A DNA stretch of 64,000 nt, taken from assembly GCF_036321535.1 (NCBI RefSeq), contig NC_087436.1, positions 115,446,001-115,510,000 of the forward strand, given 5' to 3'. Below the pieces are notes generated by a model. It worked only from the letters and a program-made list of their open reading frames with translations, made no database searches and was not told the DNA's origin. Both the position numbers and the translations under genes were made by a program. The first letter of the stretch is position 1. Each line of letters opens with the position of its first letter. The DNA is from Camelus dromedarius (Eukaryota). Below, in pieces: positions 13,396-26,704 of this stretch.

Positions 13396-14434
13396 CTGAA
13401 AAATTGCATTTCTGAATGCATTTTTACATTTACAGATGCTTGTTTCAGTTTAGGATATTTAATTTCTGCTGTACTCTGAAGAAACTTTTGTAAGTTTGCC
13501 TTCGGCAAATAATTTTAAAACTCAAGTCATTTTTTTCACTTAACACATTTCACAGCAGCCTTGGTTACCTTATTGTCATTCAAAAATAAGATCAGCTAAA
13601 ATTTTAGTCTTTCTAATTTATTTAGTTGTTTTTGATGCAACCATTTCATGTATCAGTCATAGTACTTAATATGTTTTGCTTAGTAAGTGACACTTCTATT
13701 TGTATGCATTGACAAACAGACATTTTGTTTGCATATTAAGTATGTAGGAATTAATTTCATTTCCAAAGGAGAAATACATTTTTCCACATTTTTCTTAAAA
13801 CATGAGGTTTTCTTCCTCTATCTTTAATTTTCTCTCTTTAGTTAAGGATACAAGTTAAAAAATTTTTACTTTCCTCTTAAATCTTCTATAAAAACAGAGA
13901 TAGCATGATGATGAATTACAAGTGACGTAGTACTGAAGGTTAGAAATACAAAAGAGAGCAGTGAACACTGTGACATGGAAGGGGGAAAATGAATGTTGGC
14001 TCCAGGAGATTGCTGCTACTGCACAGATATCCTGAACTTTTAGAGAGATAGTAGACCCAATTCTTATATACAATCTCTAACTTATGAGTGTTAAAAATAA
14101 ATCATTTTAGTTTTATACCTGTAAAACCAAATATTTATTGGGTAACTAGATTGTGACTTCCATTATGAATAATTATGAGACATCAAATTTTTCACTTAAC
14201 TGTCAAAATTTTGCTATTGAGTACAAATGACCAATGATTCATTAAATAAAACAACATTGCTTGAAGGAATGTGGAAATATTTAGATAAAAAGAAATGATG
14301 GTTACATTTTCAGATCAAATTAATTTTTCATTCAGGATTTCAATTTAAGATGTCTGGAACATGCACATTGGAAATTGTGAAGAAAAATTAGACCAAAAAA
14401 ATGTATAAATGACTTATTTCAAGGATGGATGCTA

Positions 14435-15065
14435 CTTTGATTGGCCACTCCTGAAGATAATTTTGCTGAGGATCATTTTCAGAACATTCTTGACTGTGAT
14501 TAGAATTGAGATTGCTGAGAGGGTTGCATGAGAAACCCATTCCAAGTGCAATAATTTTATAATGCACTCCAGAATCTGCTGTGGGATTTTATAGAGTTGC
14601 CCCATGGTTCTCTTTTCTATCATCAAATGCTTGGTGGGCACTAACTACATGAGTGGCACAGTGCTCATCTTGTAGGGATATAGAGATTGGAGTTACAATA
14701 TAATAGAGAACACAGATGTACACATATATAATACACAATAAAGCAAGAGTTTGTTAGTTCTGTAATGTGAAACGTGTAATGTTTGAAGTGCTATTGCCAA
14801 GAGAAGGAGGGGGCAAAGAAAAATGGGTAATATACATACATAGTCTTTGTAAGCTCCCTATTTCTGTGTCTTTCATTACCTTTAAGCCAGATCTTTGATT
14901 TGACTGAATTAACTAATATTTGTCGAAAATATAATTTAAATAATTCTTCTTAGCTCATGGTAAAATATTTGATGATGACCCCTCATAAGCTCATAGATTC
15001 TCCTGGCAGAGTCCTATTGAATCTTAATGCTTTCACCTAAAATGCCATTATCAGCAAGGGAACAT
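14435..15065 (-). pseudogene. Decayed PDZ exon fragments
   Basis: ~15060-14950 reads DNGILGESIKIQ*DSARRIYELMRGHHQIF; 14575-14435 reads ILECIIKLLHLEWVSHATLSAISILITVKNVLKMILSK, a PDZ C-terminal pattern (L..VSH..A..IL....N.LK..LS). Confidence 0.5.
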
Positions 15066-15524
15066 CTTTTCCAAAAAACACAGATTTAGTCAAACTCCCT
15101 TCATTTTCACAGCAATTTGTGCATATGCCTATTTATTTGTAGTAAAACACTCAGTTACACCTTTATGCACATGTCGTCTTCAACAGAATATAAGATACAC
15201 GTGGGTCAGCATCATTTTGGGGATTATGTTCCCAATGCCAAGCACAGCTAATGCAGGTGGGATGAATAAACGAACAGATGAATTGGCAAAAGCAACCATT
15301 GAAAGATTAACGTGTTCTCTCATTACTATTTTTTTGTGTTTACATTACTTTCTGTTGAGATAAATTATCTTTGATAGATGAAGAAGTTTTTAAAATAAAA
15401 TAGCTGTCAGATATTTCTAAATTTGTATGCCAAATGTCTTGCCATCATATATAGAAATCTTCAAGGTTATGGAAATAATTGCCTTTTTATGTTAAATATA
15501 TATGTTATATGTATTTAATTTACA

Positions 15525-15585
15525 TTTTTTAAGAAGTTCATTAGAAATTTATGTATATAAAAGTATGAGGTAAAATTATGTGGAA
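15525..15585 (-). pseudogene. 3' part of the same PDZ1 exon, on the far side of the L1
   Basis: After removing the L1 and one TSD copy the frame continues ...YLILLYT*ISNELLKK (PDZ alphaB-like), followed by a possible donor GTAAAT. Confidence 0.45.
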
Positions 15586-17459
15586 CAGAAGTTTGCTAAA
15601 AATGGTAGTGTAAGGACCTCCAAAAATTGTCTTATCCATAAAAATGAGTGAGAATACTGGCATAAAATTGTAAGAATCAGCTTTTCAGGACACTGGAAAT
15701 TAATCAAATGCTTGCAGTAATTCAGGAATTATGCATTCAAGACAAACAGCTAAATCTCAGTGGAAACATTGAGCTTGTGTTACCTTAGTTTTCCCTTCCC
15801 CTCTTCTTTCTTTATAGCTTCAGGATAGCCTTGAAAATCGAGAGACCATTATCACTATAAACACCACCAATCTGAAGCCAAAGAAGCGGGAACAATTGGT
15901 TGGAACTCCTTCAAAGCCCCATTACCATAGAATTGACATTGTTAGATAGACCTGGTAATTTCCTGGAAGACCTCATTTGCAATACTGCCTTTATTTGACA
16001 TTACTGAGCGTTTACTCCGTTCGAACAACATTTTTGCAAAGTGGTGTTTGTCTAAAACAATCAGGGGCAATTGTTGAACATCACAGCTGCCTGAGACAAT
16101 GGATAACAACTGGAACTGATAAGCTAATCGAGAAACTTAAGGGGAAAAATCTTGGAAATAAGAAGTTTATACAGGGCTTTGAAAAACGGTTACATTCCAA
16201 AGAATCCAAAAAGGCACCTACGTGTATAGGAGTATGAGTATGGGGCTGTCTGCAAGCTCATAAAAAACCAAAGAAAACCATCAGTTCTCAACTTTGTTTC
16301 TTTTTGAGGCTGTGCAAAAAGAAAGTTAAAGCTAAGGTGGAATCATTAAATGTATGACTTAGTATTAAACGCATGCCCTAATATGCATACTGGACACTTT
16401 GTGACATATCGGGAAACGTATTGGTTCCAGGCATTTGAGAAAATCTCTCATCTCATAAGGTGACCATTAAGCTAAATGGGAAGGTACTTCAGTACCCACA
16501 AACAACAAAGAATGAATACTATATATAAATATTTCAGAAAAGTTACTAAACAAACTAAAAACAACTACAAACAGCAACAACAACAAATCCTAGAAATAGT
16601 GGAACATCTGATTTCCAATATTGCCACATTTTGCTATTTAAAATGCCCAGTTTTCAACAAAAAACTATGTGATATACAAAGAGACAAGACTGTGTGGCCT
16701 ATATGTAAGGGGAAGACAGTTGATAGAAACCTTGTTTGGGAAAGCTCTAATATTGGACTTACTAGAAGGACTTTCAGATATTTTAAATATAGCTAAACAC
16801 CTAAGGAAAACTGTCTGAAGAACTAAAGAAAAGTATAAAAACAATGTCTTACCAAATGAAAAAAAAATCAAGAAAGTGATATATATATTTTTAAAGAACC
16901 TCATAGAAATTCTGCAGCTGAAAAGTGCATTAACTGAAAAGAAAGAAAATCACTGGAGAGGTTCAACATTTGAGCAAGTAGGAGAAGAATAAGCATGTCT
17001 GAAGAAAGGCTAATTGATATTATCTAGTCTGAGCAACAGAAAAAAATAAAGAAAAAATGAACAGAGCCTCAGAGACCTGTGGGATATAGTCAAGAATACC
17101 AATATACATTTGCATATGAACTCTCACCATAATGGGAGTCCCAGAAAAAAAAGAAGAAAGAAAGAAAAAGTAGATAATAAAAGGGGCAGTAAGAATATTT
17201 GAAAAAAATCCTGGTCAAAAAACAAAATCCTAATATGAAGAAAAGCATTAGTTTACACATCCATGAAGCATAACAAATCCAAAGTTGGATAAACTCAAAG
17301 AGATTCACACCTGGGCACATATAATCAGCCAAAAAACACAGGCAAATGATAGAGAAGAGAAGAGGCTTATCATGTACAAGGAATCCTCAGTAAGGTTAAG
17401 GCTGACTTTATAGCATAAGACATGGGGCCAGAAGGTATGAGATGACATATTCAAACTGC

Positions 17460-17515
17460 TAGAAAGAAAAGAAAGAAGGAAAGAAGGAAGGAAGGAAGGA
17501 AGGAAACAGAAAGAA

Positions 17516-17611
<96 letters not shown>

Positions 17612-17616
17612 AAAAA

Positions 17617-17677
<61 letters not shown>

Positions 17678-17760
17678 GTAAGGGAAGGAAGGAAGGAAGG
17701 TAGGAAAGGAAGGAAGGTAGGAAAGGAAGGAAGGTAGGAAAGGAAGGAAGGAAGGAAGGG
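17460..17760 (+). repeat. (GAAA)n/(GGAA)n microsatellite inside the L1
   Basis: Direct inspection; ~300 bp of almost pure purine. Confidence 0.97.
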
Positions 17761-18670
17761 TCAACCAAAAATTCCCAGTGTAACAAAACTATCCTTTAAA
17801 AATTAGAAGGAAATCAAGATATTCCAGATAAACAAAAACTGAAAGAATTTCTTGCTAGTAGACTACTGCCCTACACAAAATACTAAAGTGAGTCCTGTCG
17901 GCTGAAATAAAACAATACTAGAGAGTAGCTTAGCCCATGGGAAGAAATAAAAAACTCCATTAATGTTTTATACATTATATACATGTGTATGTTATATACA
18001 TATGGACACTAGTATAAATGTTTTCCCACATCTCTTCTTTTTCCCTATCTGAATTTAAATACATCTACATAAAGCAAGAGTTATAAATCTGTGTTGATGG
18101 GCACACAGTGCAAAAAGACATAATCTGTATGACAATAATAGTATAAAAAAGGAAGGCTAGAGATAGAGAGATAGACGGGAATATATTTTTGTATATTATT
18201 GTAGTTAAGTTTGTATTAATTCAAAATAGAGTTTTACAAAGTAAGATAATAAATTGTAATCCCTAGGGCAACCAATAAATAAATATATTTATTTCACATA
18301 AAGAGAAGAGGGTAATGGTGAAATAAACTGGAGTAAAGAAACAAAAATCACATAACACATAGGAAGCAAATAGAGAAATGTCATACAACCTAACATGTAA
18401 GTATTATATTAAATGAAAAGAAATCAAATACTCCAATTCCCCAGTTAAAAAGTAGAAATCACAAGAATTAAATATATATATTTATATATTATGTATATAT
18501 TTATGACTATGCTATCTACAAGGGCTATACTTTTCATTCCATGATACAAATAGATTGAAAGAAAAAGGTGGAAAAAGATAAATCAAGCAAACAAAATGAA
18601 GTGGCTATACTAACATCAGATAAAATATACTTAAAGAAAAAAAAAATATTACTAAAAATGGGGAATGATA

Positions 18671-21600
18671 CGGTTGACCTTTGAACAGTGTAAGTCCACT
18701 TATATGCAATTTTTTTTTTAATAAATACATTGGAAATATTTTTGGAGATTTGTTATGTTTGAAAAAACTCACAGATGAACCAAGTAGCCTAGAAGTATTT
18801 GCAAAATTAGACAAAGTTAAGTAGGTTATAAATGCATAAAATACGGTTAGAGAATAGTGTAATTTATGATTTACTGCCATAAAACATACACAAATCTATC
18901 ATAAAAAATTAAATTTTATCAAAATGTACACACTCAAACCCTACTTGGCACCATTTGCAGTTGAGAGAAATGTAAACAAATACAAAGATGCAGTATTAAA
19001 TTATAACTGCATAGAATTAACCATAGTATATATGATACTACCACAATAATTTCATCGCCACCTCCTGTTGCTATTGTGGTCAGCTAGGTGTTGCAAGTAT
19101 CTACTTAAAACGCTGTGTGATGCTAATCACCCCTATCACCAGTTTGTCTCTCCAGTAAACTGTGTATCACAGAAAAAAGTGATCTCTCATGGTTTTTGAA
19201 TATTTTTTGTGTTTAGGGCAATATGCGGTAAACTTCGAATAACACCATGGGCCCGTATGAAGCGCCCCTAGTGATGTTGCAAGTGCTCCCAAGAAGCAGA
19301 GAAAAGTCATAACATTACAAGAAAACAATTGAATTGCTTGATATGTACTGCAGATTGAGGTCTGCAGCTGCTGTTGCCTGTCATTTGAAGATAAATGAAT
19401 CTAGCGTAAAGACCATTGTAAAAAAAAAAAAGAAAGAAAAGGAAAACCTGTGAAGCTGTCATTGCAGCTACAGCAGCAGGTGCGAAAACCTTGCACTTTT
19501 TGTGAAATACCTTTTCATCTCTTACTGAAAACGCAGCTTTTATGTGGGGGCAGGATTGCTATAAGAAAGGCAAACTGGTAGACTTTAATGTGATTTGAGA
19601 AAAAGCAAAGTCATTCTGTAAAAAACTTAAGGAAAAAGGAAAGTATAGGATCTAAAGTCAGGGAACTGAATGCCAGAAAAGGATGGTTTGATAATTTTAG
19701 AAGGAGGTTTGGCTTAAGAAATGTCACAATAACAGGAGAAGCAGCTTCTTGCCACCCAAGAGGCAGCAGCTGAGTTCCCAGATGCCATTAAGAAAATCAT
19801 TGAAAAGTAAAACACTGCTGTACACCAGAATTAACACAGCATCTTAAACCAACTATACTTCAATAAAAATTTTTTAAAAACAGGAAAAAATAAGAAAATC
19901 ATTTAAGAGAAAGGCTATCTTCCTAAACAAGTTTTTAATGATGATGAAATCGCACTATTCTGGGGAAAAAAAAATGCCACAGAGGACATTTGTGAGCTCC
20001 AGGATTTAAGGCAGCCAAGGACAGGCTAACTCTGCTGTCCTGCATAGATGAAGTTGGGTTTCTGATCAGGACTTCCCTTATCTATAAACCTGCTAACGCT
20101 CAGCCTTAAAGGGAAAAGATAAACACCACTTGCCAGTCTTTTATTTGTCCAACAGGAGAGGCTGGGCAATGAAAACACTTTTTCTGCCTTAGTTCTGTTG
20201 ATGGTTTGCCCCTGAAGTCACAAAGTACCTTGCCAGTAGGGGGCTCCCTTTTAAAGTTCTTTTGATATTGGACAATGCCCCTGGTCACCCAGAACCTCAT
20301 ATGTTCAACCCTGAAGGGTTAATATGGTCTACTGGCTGCCAAATACAGTATCAATCAACCTCCAGATCGAAGGGTTATAAGAACCTTGAAGTTTTGTTAT
20401 ACACAGTATTCTATGGAAAGGATCATTAACTCCATGGAAGAGAGCCCTGATGGAGAGAATTATCAAGGAAGTCTGGAAGGAATATATTACTGAAGATATC
20501 TCTGTTGTTATAGAAAAAGTCATGAAAGCCATTAAGCTGGAAACAAATTCCTGCTAGAGAAAACTGTGTCCAGATATTGTGCATAACTTCACAGAATTTA
20601 TGACAGAGCCAATCAAGAAAATCATGACAGAGATTGTAAATACAGCAAAGAAGGTTGGGAGTGAAAGGTTTCAAGACATGGATCTTGAAGCAGATCCACA
20701 CGAGAGGAACACCAAGACTACTTTATGAGATGAGTGTTCCTGACCAGTGCCCGATGATGAGGAAGAAGACGTAGAAGAAGAAGTGCCAGGAAGCAGACTG
20801 ACATTAGACAATCTGGCATTATGGTTCTGATTATTCAAGATGACATATGACATCTTTTACGACACGAACTCTTCAATGATACAGGCACTGAAACTAAGGC
20901 AAATGGCTCCACCTCTGCTGCTCCTAGGGAAGCAAGATCAAACCGTTGTCTTCTTTTCCTGTCTACTCAACGTGAAGACAATGCGGATGAAGACCTTTAT
21001 AATGATCCACTTCCATTTAATGAATAGTAAATAGTCATTATGCTATACAGTAAATAAACGTATCTGTTGTGTATGTGTGTGTGTGTGTGTTTTCATGAAA
21101 AAATCTAACGACTGTGCTGCAAAACAGTATGAGTTATTTTTGTGTTGTCATAATAATCATTGCATAAGCATTCATTGTGTAGGACATCATGTGCAAGGCT
21201 TGTACTGAAGCGGATAGCCTATTCTCATATAGGCATAAGGTGAGTAATATTTAATATGAAGCCAATGTGTTAGTTTTCTTACTGTTTGGTAACTTTACTT
21301 TCAAAGGATTACATTACTGTACAGTATGCATCTCTCTCATAACTGGAGAGACTGTGTATCAGCCTACATTACAGGTAAGTCGGTTTTTAAAAATGTAACA
21401 ATGTTTCCAATATTGTATTATAAATGTGACTGTAATACTGCATGCCATAAAAATTTTATGATGACTTATTCATAAGTGTAAAGCCAAGATATCATGAAGC
21501 AATCGTATTTCTTCTTCATTATCAATGCATCAATCATAATGCCTACAAAAACATTAATTTATTTTTATATTATCTTTGTATTTCTGATTTCTAGTGTTAG

Positions 21601-21964
21601 TAATACATATAACATCTACAGTGTTTGGCATCATATAAGGTAATATTGAGTAGGTACTGAGAGAAAGACAATTCATCTCATAAACATGTGACATAAACTT
21701 ATGGTATTGATCAATATATCACAGGACTATAAATGCATTTTCTCTTCCTTACAATTTTGTTAATAACAATTTGTTTTCTCCAGCTTACTTTTTTTTGTAA
21801 AAATACAATATGTAACACGTATACAAAATATTAACTATTAATGTATTCCAATCAACAGAAGACTATTAGTACTTAAGTTTGGGGGGAGTCAAAAGTTATA
21901 CATGTATTTTTGACTGTGCTGGTAGTCAGTGCCCCTAACCTCTGCATTGTTCAAGGGCCAACTA
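18671..21964 (+). mobile_element. Full-length Tigger2-family (TcMar/pogo) DNA transposon nested in the L1
   Basis: TIRs TA-cggttgacctttgaaca ... tgttcaagggccaact. Decayed transposase from ~19248 (...APKKQRKVITLQE...ELLDMYCRLRSAAAVACHLKINESSVKTIVK; later FKVLLILDNAPGHP). Confidence 0.9.
19789..19903 (+). mobile_element. Tiny L1 3' end insertion within the Tigger2 transposase, 13-bp TSD
   Basis: taagaaaatcatt at 19789-19801 and 19891-19903 flanks ctgctgtacaccagaattaacacagcatcttaaaccaactatacttcaataaaa. Confidence 0.8.
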
Positions 21965-24199
21965 CACTTTATAATGATGAAATGGTCAAATAAACAGAAA
22001 ACTATAACAATTAACATATGTGTACCTAACAACAGAGCTGAACTAAGTGAATCAAGCTAATAAATTTAATGGGAGAAATAGACAAGTCAACAGTAACAGT
22101 TAAATATCCCAACATCAAACTTTAAATTATGAATAGAACAATTAAGCATAAGCTCAATAAAGAAATAGAAGATTTAAACAACAATATAAGTGAAATATTC
22201 CCAGAAGACATCTGTCAAATGGTAAAATTAACAAAAGTAGAAGACAAATTCTTCTCAAGTGCACACGGACTATTTTTCAAGATAAATTATAAATAAAGTT
22301 ATAAAAATCATCAATAGACTTAAAATATTTATGTAAGGCAAAGTACCTTCTTCAATAGTAATAGAAAGATTCTGGAAATCAACAGAAGAGAAGGTGGGAA
22401 ATTCACAAATATGTGAAAATTAAGTCACAGTTTCTAAATAAATAGGTGGAAGACGAAGTCACAATAAAAGTAGAAAATACTTCAAAATGAATGAAAATAA
22501 AAGCACGATGTTCTAAAATGTATGGGATGTAGCTAAATCATTTCCTAGAGGAAATGTTTACATTAAAAAAAAGATCACAAATTTAATAACTAAATTTACA
22601 CCCTGCTTAAGGAACTGAAAAAAGAAAGGCAAAGTAAAGTTAAATCAAGCAGAAAGAGAACAAAAATAAATATGTGAGTGGAAATGTATGAGACAAGAAA
22701 TAGAAAAACAATAGAGAAAAATCAACAAAATTTAAAGTTGGCTTTTTGAAATATAAACAGAATTGACACAGCTTTAGCTAGAAAGACCAAGAGAAAAAAA
22801 AAGAGATAGAAGGCTAAAATAACCAAAATCGGGATGAAAAAGATATACTACATCTAATCTTAACAACAAAAATAATTGTAACAGAATGCTATAAGCAATT
22901 AAATGTCATCAAATTTGATACATTTTCTGTAAATGACAAATTCCTAGAAAGATACAAACTACCAAAACTGACTCAAAAATAAATAAGAAATATTAATGAA
23001 CTTATAACAAGTAAAGAGATTGAATCTGTAATCAAAAACACTTGCACAAAGAACCTAGGATCACATGACTTTATTGGCAAATGAAAATATTCATCAAATA
23101 TTAAAAAAATTAATATCAATACTTCACAAACTCTTCCAAATGTAAAATGGAAGCAAACACTTCCCTAGATATTTTGAGGCCAGTTTTCCCTTCATGCCAA
23201 AACCAAACACATCATGAGAAAAACTCACTACAGACCAAATTACCCAATGAATATAAGTGCAAAAAATCCTAAACAAAATATGGGCTAATCAAGTATAGAA
23301 ACATATAAAAATGACTATACCAGGTCAAATTGGGACCAAGTGGACTTATCCCAGAAATATAGGTAGGGTCAACACACAAAAATAATAATGCAGTGTATCA
23401 TATTAATACAATGAAATAATGGGGAAAACACATGATGATCCTACTGACACACACATACACCAAAGAAAACCTTTGATAACATCCAACATCATTTTATGAT
23501 GAAAACACTTAAACTAGGAATAGCAGATTATTTAAACCTAATGAAGTTTGCTTACAAAAAACCCCACCGTAAACGTCATACTCAAGGGTGAACAACTGCC
23601 AAGGTCTTCTCTTTAAGATCGTGAGCAAAACAAGGATGTCTATTCTCACCACTTCTACTCAACACTGCGTTGGAAAACCTAGCTTTGGCACTTATACAAG
23701 AAAAAAGGAATTAAAGACATCTAAACTGCATGAGAAGAAGTAAAACTATCTCTATTTGAAGATAGCATGAACTTATAAGAAGAAAATCCTTAAAAATACA
23801 CTGAAAAATCCACTAGAGCCTATCAACAAGTTCAGTAAGTTTTCAGGATTCAAGGTCAATACATAAAAATCAACTGCACTTCTCTACGGTAGCAAAGAGC
23901 AATCTGAGAATGAATTTCAATGTTATTAAAATAGCATCAAAATAATAAAATATTTAGAAATACATTTGGTAAGATAAGATTTGGGCAGTGAAAACCATGC
24001 AAATTTTTGAGAGAAATTGAAGACCTAAATAAATGGAGAGACAGCTCCTGCTCTTGGAGTCTCAGTATTGTTAAGATGATAATACTTACCAAGTATATCT
24101 CCAAATTCAACAAAACGCCTATTAAAATCCTAGGTTTGTTTTTGTTTTTTTGTTTTGCTCAAGTGAAAATGCAAGGGACCAGAATACTCAGAAACATTC

Positions 24200-24320
24200 T
24201 TTTTATAACTTACTTTTTTTTGTTTGATGTATAGTTGATTTACAACACTGTGTTAGTTTCTGGTGTACAGCATAGTGATTCATGAATACTATATGTATAT
24301 ACATACACACACACATATAT
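24200..24320 (-). mobile_element. Younger L1 3' end fragment inserted antisense in the old L1 ORF2
   Basis: poly-T followed by tatagttgatttacaacactgtgttagtttctggtgtacagcatagtgattc. Confidence 0.75.
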
Positions 24321-25765
24321 TTGGAGAACACACACTTCCTGATTTCAAACCTTGATACAAAGATGCAGTAATCAAGACTGTTTGGTACTGCCATGAGGAT
24401 AAACATAGAGATCAATGGACTAGAAATAAGAGTCCATAAATAAACCCACATATCTATGGTCAAGGGATTTTTGCCCAGGGTTCCAAAACAATGCAATGTG
24501 GAAAGAATAGTCTTTTCAGTAAATACTTCTGAGACAGCTAGGCATTCACATGCAAAAGAATGTAATTCTCCCTCAAGCTCACATTATATATAAAAAACAA
24601 TTCAAGTGGATCAAAGATCTAAATGTAAGAATGTAAGAGCTAAAACTAAAAAGAAAAATAATATTTGGAAGAGAATATAGGGATAAATCTTGTGACCTTG
24701 GATTAGGCATTTTTTTTTACATATAACACTAAATATAAAAGTGACAAATTGAAAAAATGTATATATTGAACTTCATCACAATGAAAAACTTTTAATCAGA
24801 AAATGAAACTCACAGAATGGGAAAAAATAATTAAAAATCATATACCTGAAAAAAAAGTATATCCAGAGCATATTATTTTTAAAAAAGCATTCTTATAGTT
24901 CAATAATAAATAAATATTCAATTAAATTGATGGGTAAAGGATTTGGGTAGGCATTTCTCCAAAGAAGATATGCAAATGGCCAAAAGTACATGAAGATATA
25001 CTTGTCTTCATTAGTCACTAAAAAATGTAAATCAAAACCAAAATGAGATACCATTTCATGTGCACTAAGATGGCTATAATCAAACAGTCAGACAATTAAC
25101 AACTCAGTGAATATGTGCAGAAACGGAACCCTCATACATTGTGGATTAGAGTATGAAATAGCGCAGTGACTTTAGAAAACAGTTTCATAGTTCTTGAAAA
25201 AATTACACATAAAATTGCTATATGTATCTACCCAAGAGGAATGAAAATGTATGTCCACACACAAATATACATTAATGTTCAGAGCAGCATTACTCATGAT
25301 AGATAAAATACGGAAACTCCAGTTAGTTGATGGGCTCCAAGTGCTTACTGACTTTTGAATACATAAGCAACACACAGTATAACTACCCAATGGAATATTA
25401 TTCGGCAATAGAAAGGAATGAAGAACTGATTCATGGTACAATATAGATAAGCCTTGAAAACCTGAAGTTAAAGAAAACAAAGACTTAAGACCACATTTTG
25501 TAATTCCATTTACATGAAATGTCCAGAATAGATAAATCTATATATATAAAACGTACATTAGTGGTCAACACAGGGTGTGGGAGACAGGAACTGAGCTTGA
25601 CTGTTACTTGGTGTGGGGTGTATTTTTGAGGTTGTAAAATATTCTGTAATCATATGTAGTGATGGTTTAACAACTTTGCAAAAGAATAAAAACAGTGAAT
25701 TGTACACTTAAAAAGGAAAAAGGATGAATATTACAACTTTAAAACAGTGAAGTGTATGTGAATTT

Positions 25766-25820
25766 TAAAAATATTTGAAGCTTATGATGCTGAATAACTA
25801 ATCTCCAAAACCAAAGTTTC
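25766..25820 (-). pseudogene. 5' part of the PDZ1 exon, truncated by the L1 insertion
   Basis: Acceptor tgtacatattttcag|GA AAC TTT GGT TTT GGA GAT TAG TTA TTC AGC ATC = (G)NFGFGD*LFSI, matching PDZ G.L..GDQLLSI with CAG>TAG. Confidence 0.55.
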
Positions 25821-25888
25821 CTGAAAATATGTACACAAAATATACAAAGATGCAAACAGAGACCCTGCATTAGGGGTAGAATGCTGAC

Positions 25889-26033
25889 ATTGGATTGAAT
25901 GTGGTGCTAGCTGGCATTTGGTCTTCACAGTAATGAATATTCCCATTATCTATGTTCCGGGATGTTTCTTTAGTGATATTATCTGCACATATTCATCTAA
26001 ATCTTCATTCAATTTGGAGAGGATTTGTAAAAC
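25889..26033 (-). pseudogene. Decayed exon; end of L27 and start of PDZ1
   Basis: Phase-0 start VLQILSKLNEDLDEYVQIISLKKHPGT*IMGIFI, resembling a PDZ betaA/betaB. The donor position is approximate. Confidence 0.6.
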
Positions 26034-26229
26034 CTTTGATTTTATACATGGACAAATCAAAGCTTTATTGATTAAAACATTATTCCAAAGTCTATTAGAG
26101 TGTAGCCAGATTTGGACTGAGTTATGTTTGACTCCAAAGTTCATAGTACTTAACTGAAAACCTCTCATTAATTAATTGGGTAATTGATTGATAAATTATA
26201 TCATCTACTCGGTTTTGGGTGTTTTTTTG

Positions 26230-26700
26230 TTTTTTTTTTTTAGTTTCTACTACGAGTCACTTTTAAAAGATGTACAACAGTAAAGCATCAGCAAAGATCA
26301 ACGTTCTCATGGAGATAGCATTCTTGCAGGGATGGGTTAACAACCAGGAAGCAAATTAATTATGGTAAAAACTCTGAGAAAATGAAGAAATCAATAGATA
26401 GGTGAATAAGGGGATATAATAAAGAGAGATTTAGTAATCAGAGGAGAAGATAATCCGTAAACTAAGATCTGAGTAACAAAACAAAACTGCTCTACAAAAA
26501 CCTGGAGGAAAAGAATGTCAGACATGGGGAATAGCGAGTACAAAAGCCTTTAAGCAAGAATGCGCTTGGACAGAAAGAAGGCAGATATTGCTAGACTATA
26601 ATGATAGAGGTGGAGTGGCAGGATTTAAAGTATGAGAGGCAGGCAGGAGCCAAATTACAGAAGGCTTTGTAGACCTGAATAATGGTCTGGGAGAGGAAGG
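26230..26700 (+). mobile_element. L2 fragment
   Basis: L2-like text, e.g. ggggaatagcgagtacaaaagcctt...aggcaggagccaaattacagaaggctttgtagacc. Orientation is not certain. Confidence 0.55.
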
Positions 26701-26704
26701 AAAT

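Larger units (their letters stand above)
15586..25770 (+). mobile_element. Near full-length ancient LINE-1 (L1MB-type 3' end), ORF1/ORF2 decayed
   Basis: A-rich plus strand with ORF1-like remnants (~16.8-17.9 kb) and ORF2 remnants (22.0-25.2 kb, e.g. REIEDLNKWRDSSCSWSLSIVKM). L1MB-like 3' UTR (gtgatggtttaacaactttg...gtgaattgtacactt). Degenerate TSD taaaattatgtggaa (15571) / taaaaatatttgaag (25766). Confidence 0.9.

Noticed and set aside
17451..17786. F/L/S-rich ORFs (also 48629-48960)
   Set aside because: Translations of (GAAA)n/(TTTC)n microsatellites.
19248..21030. Tigger2 transposase as a domesticated gene
   Set aside because: Multiple stops and frameshifts plus an internal L1 insertion.
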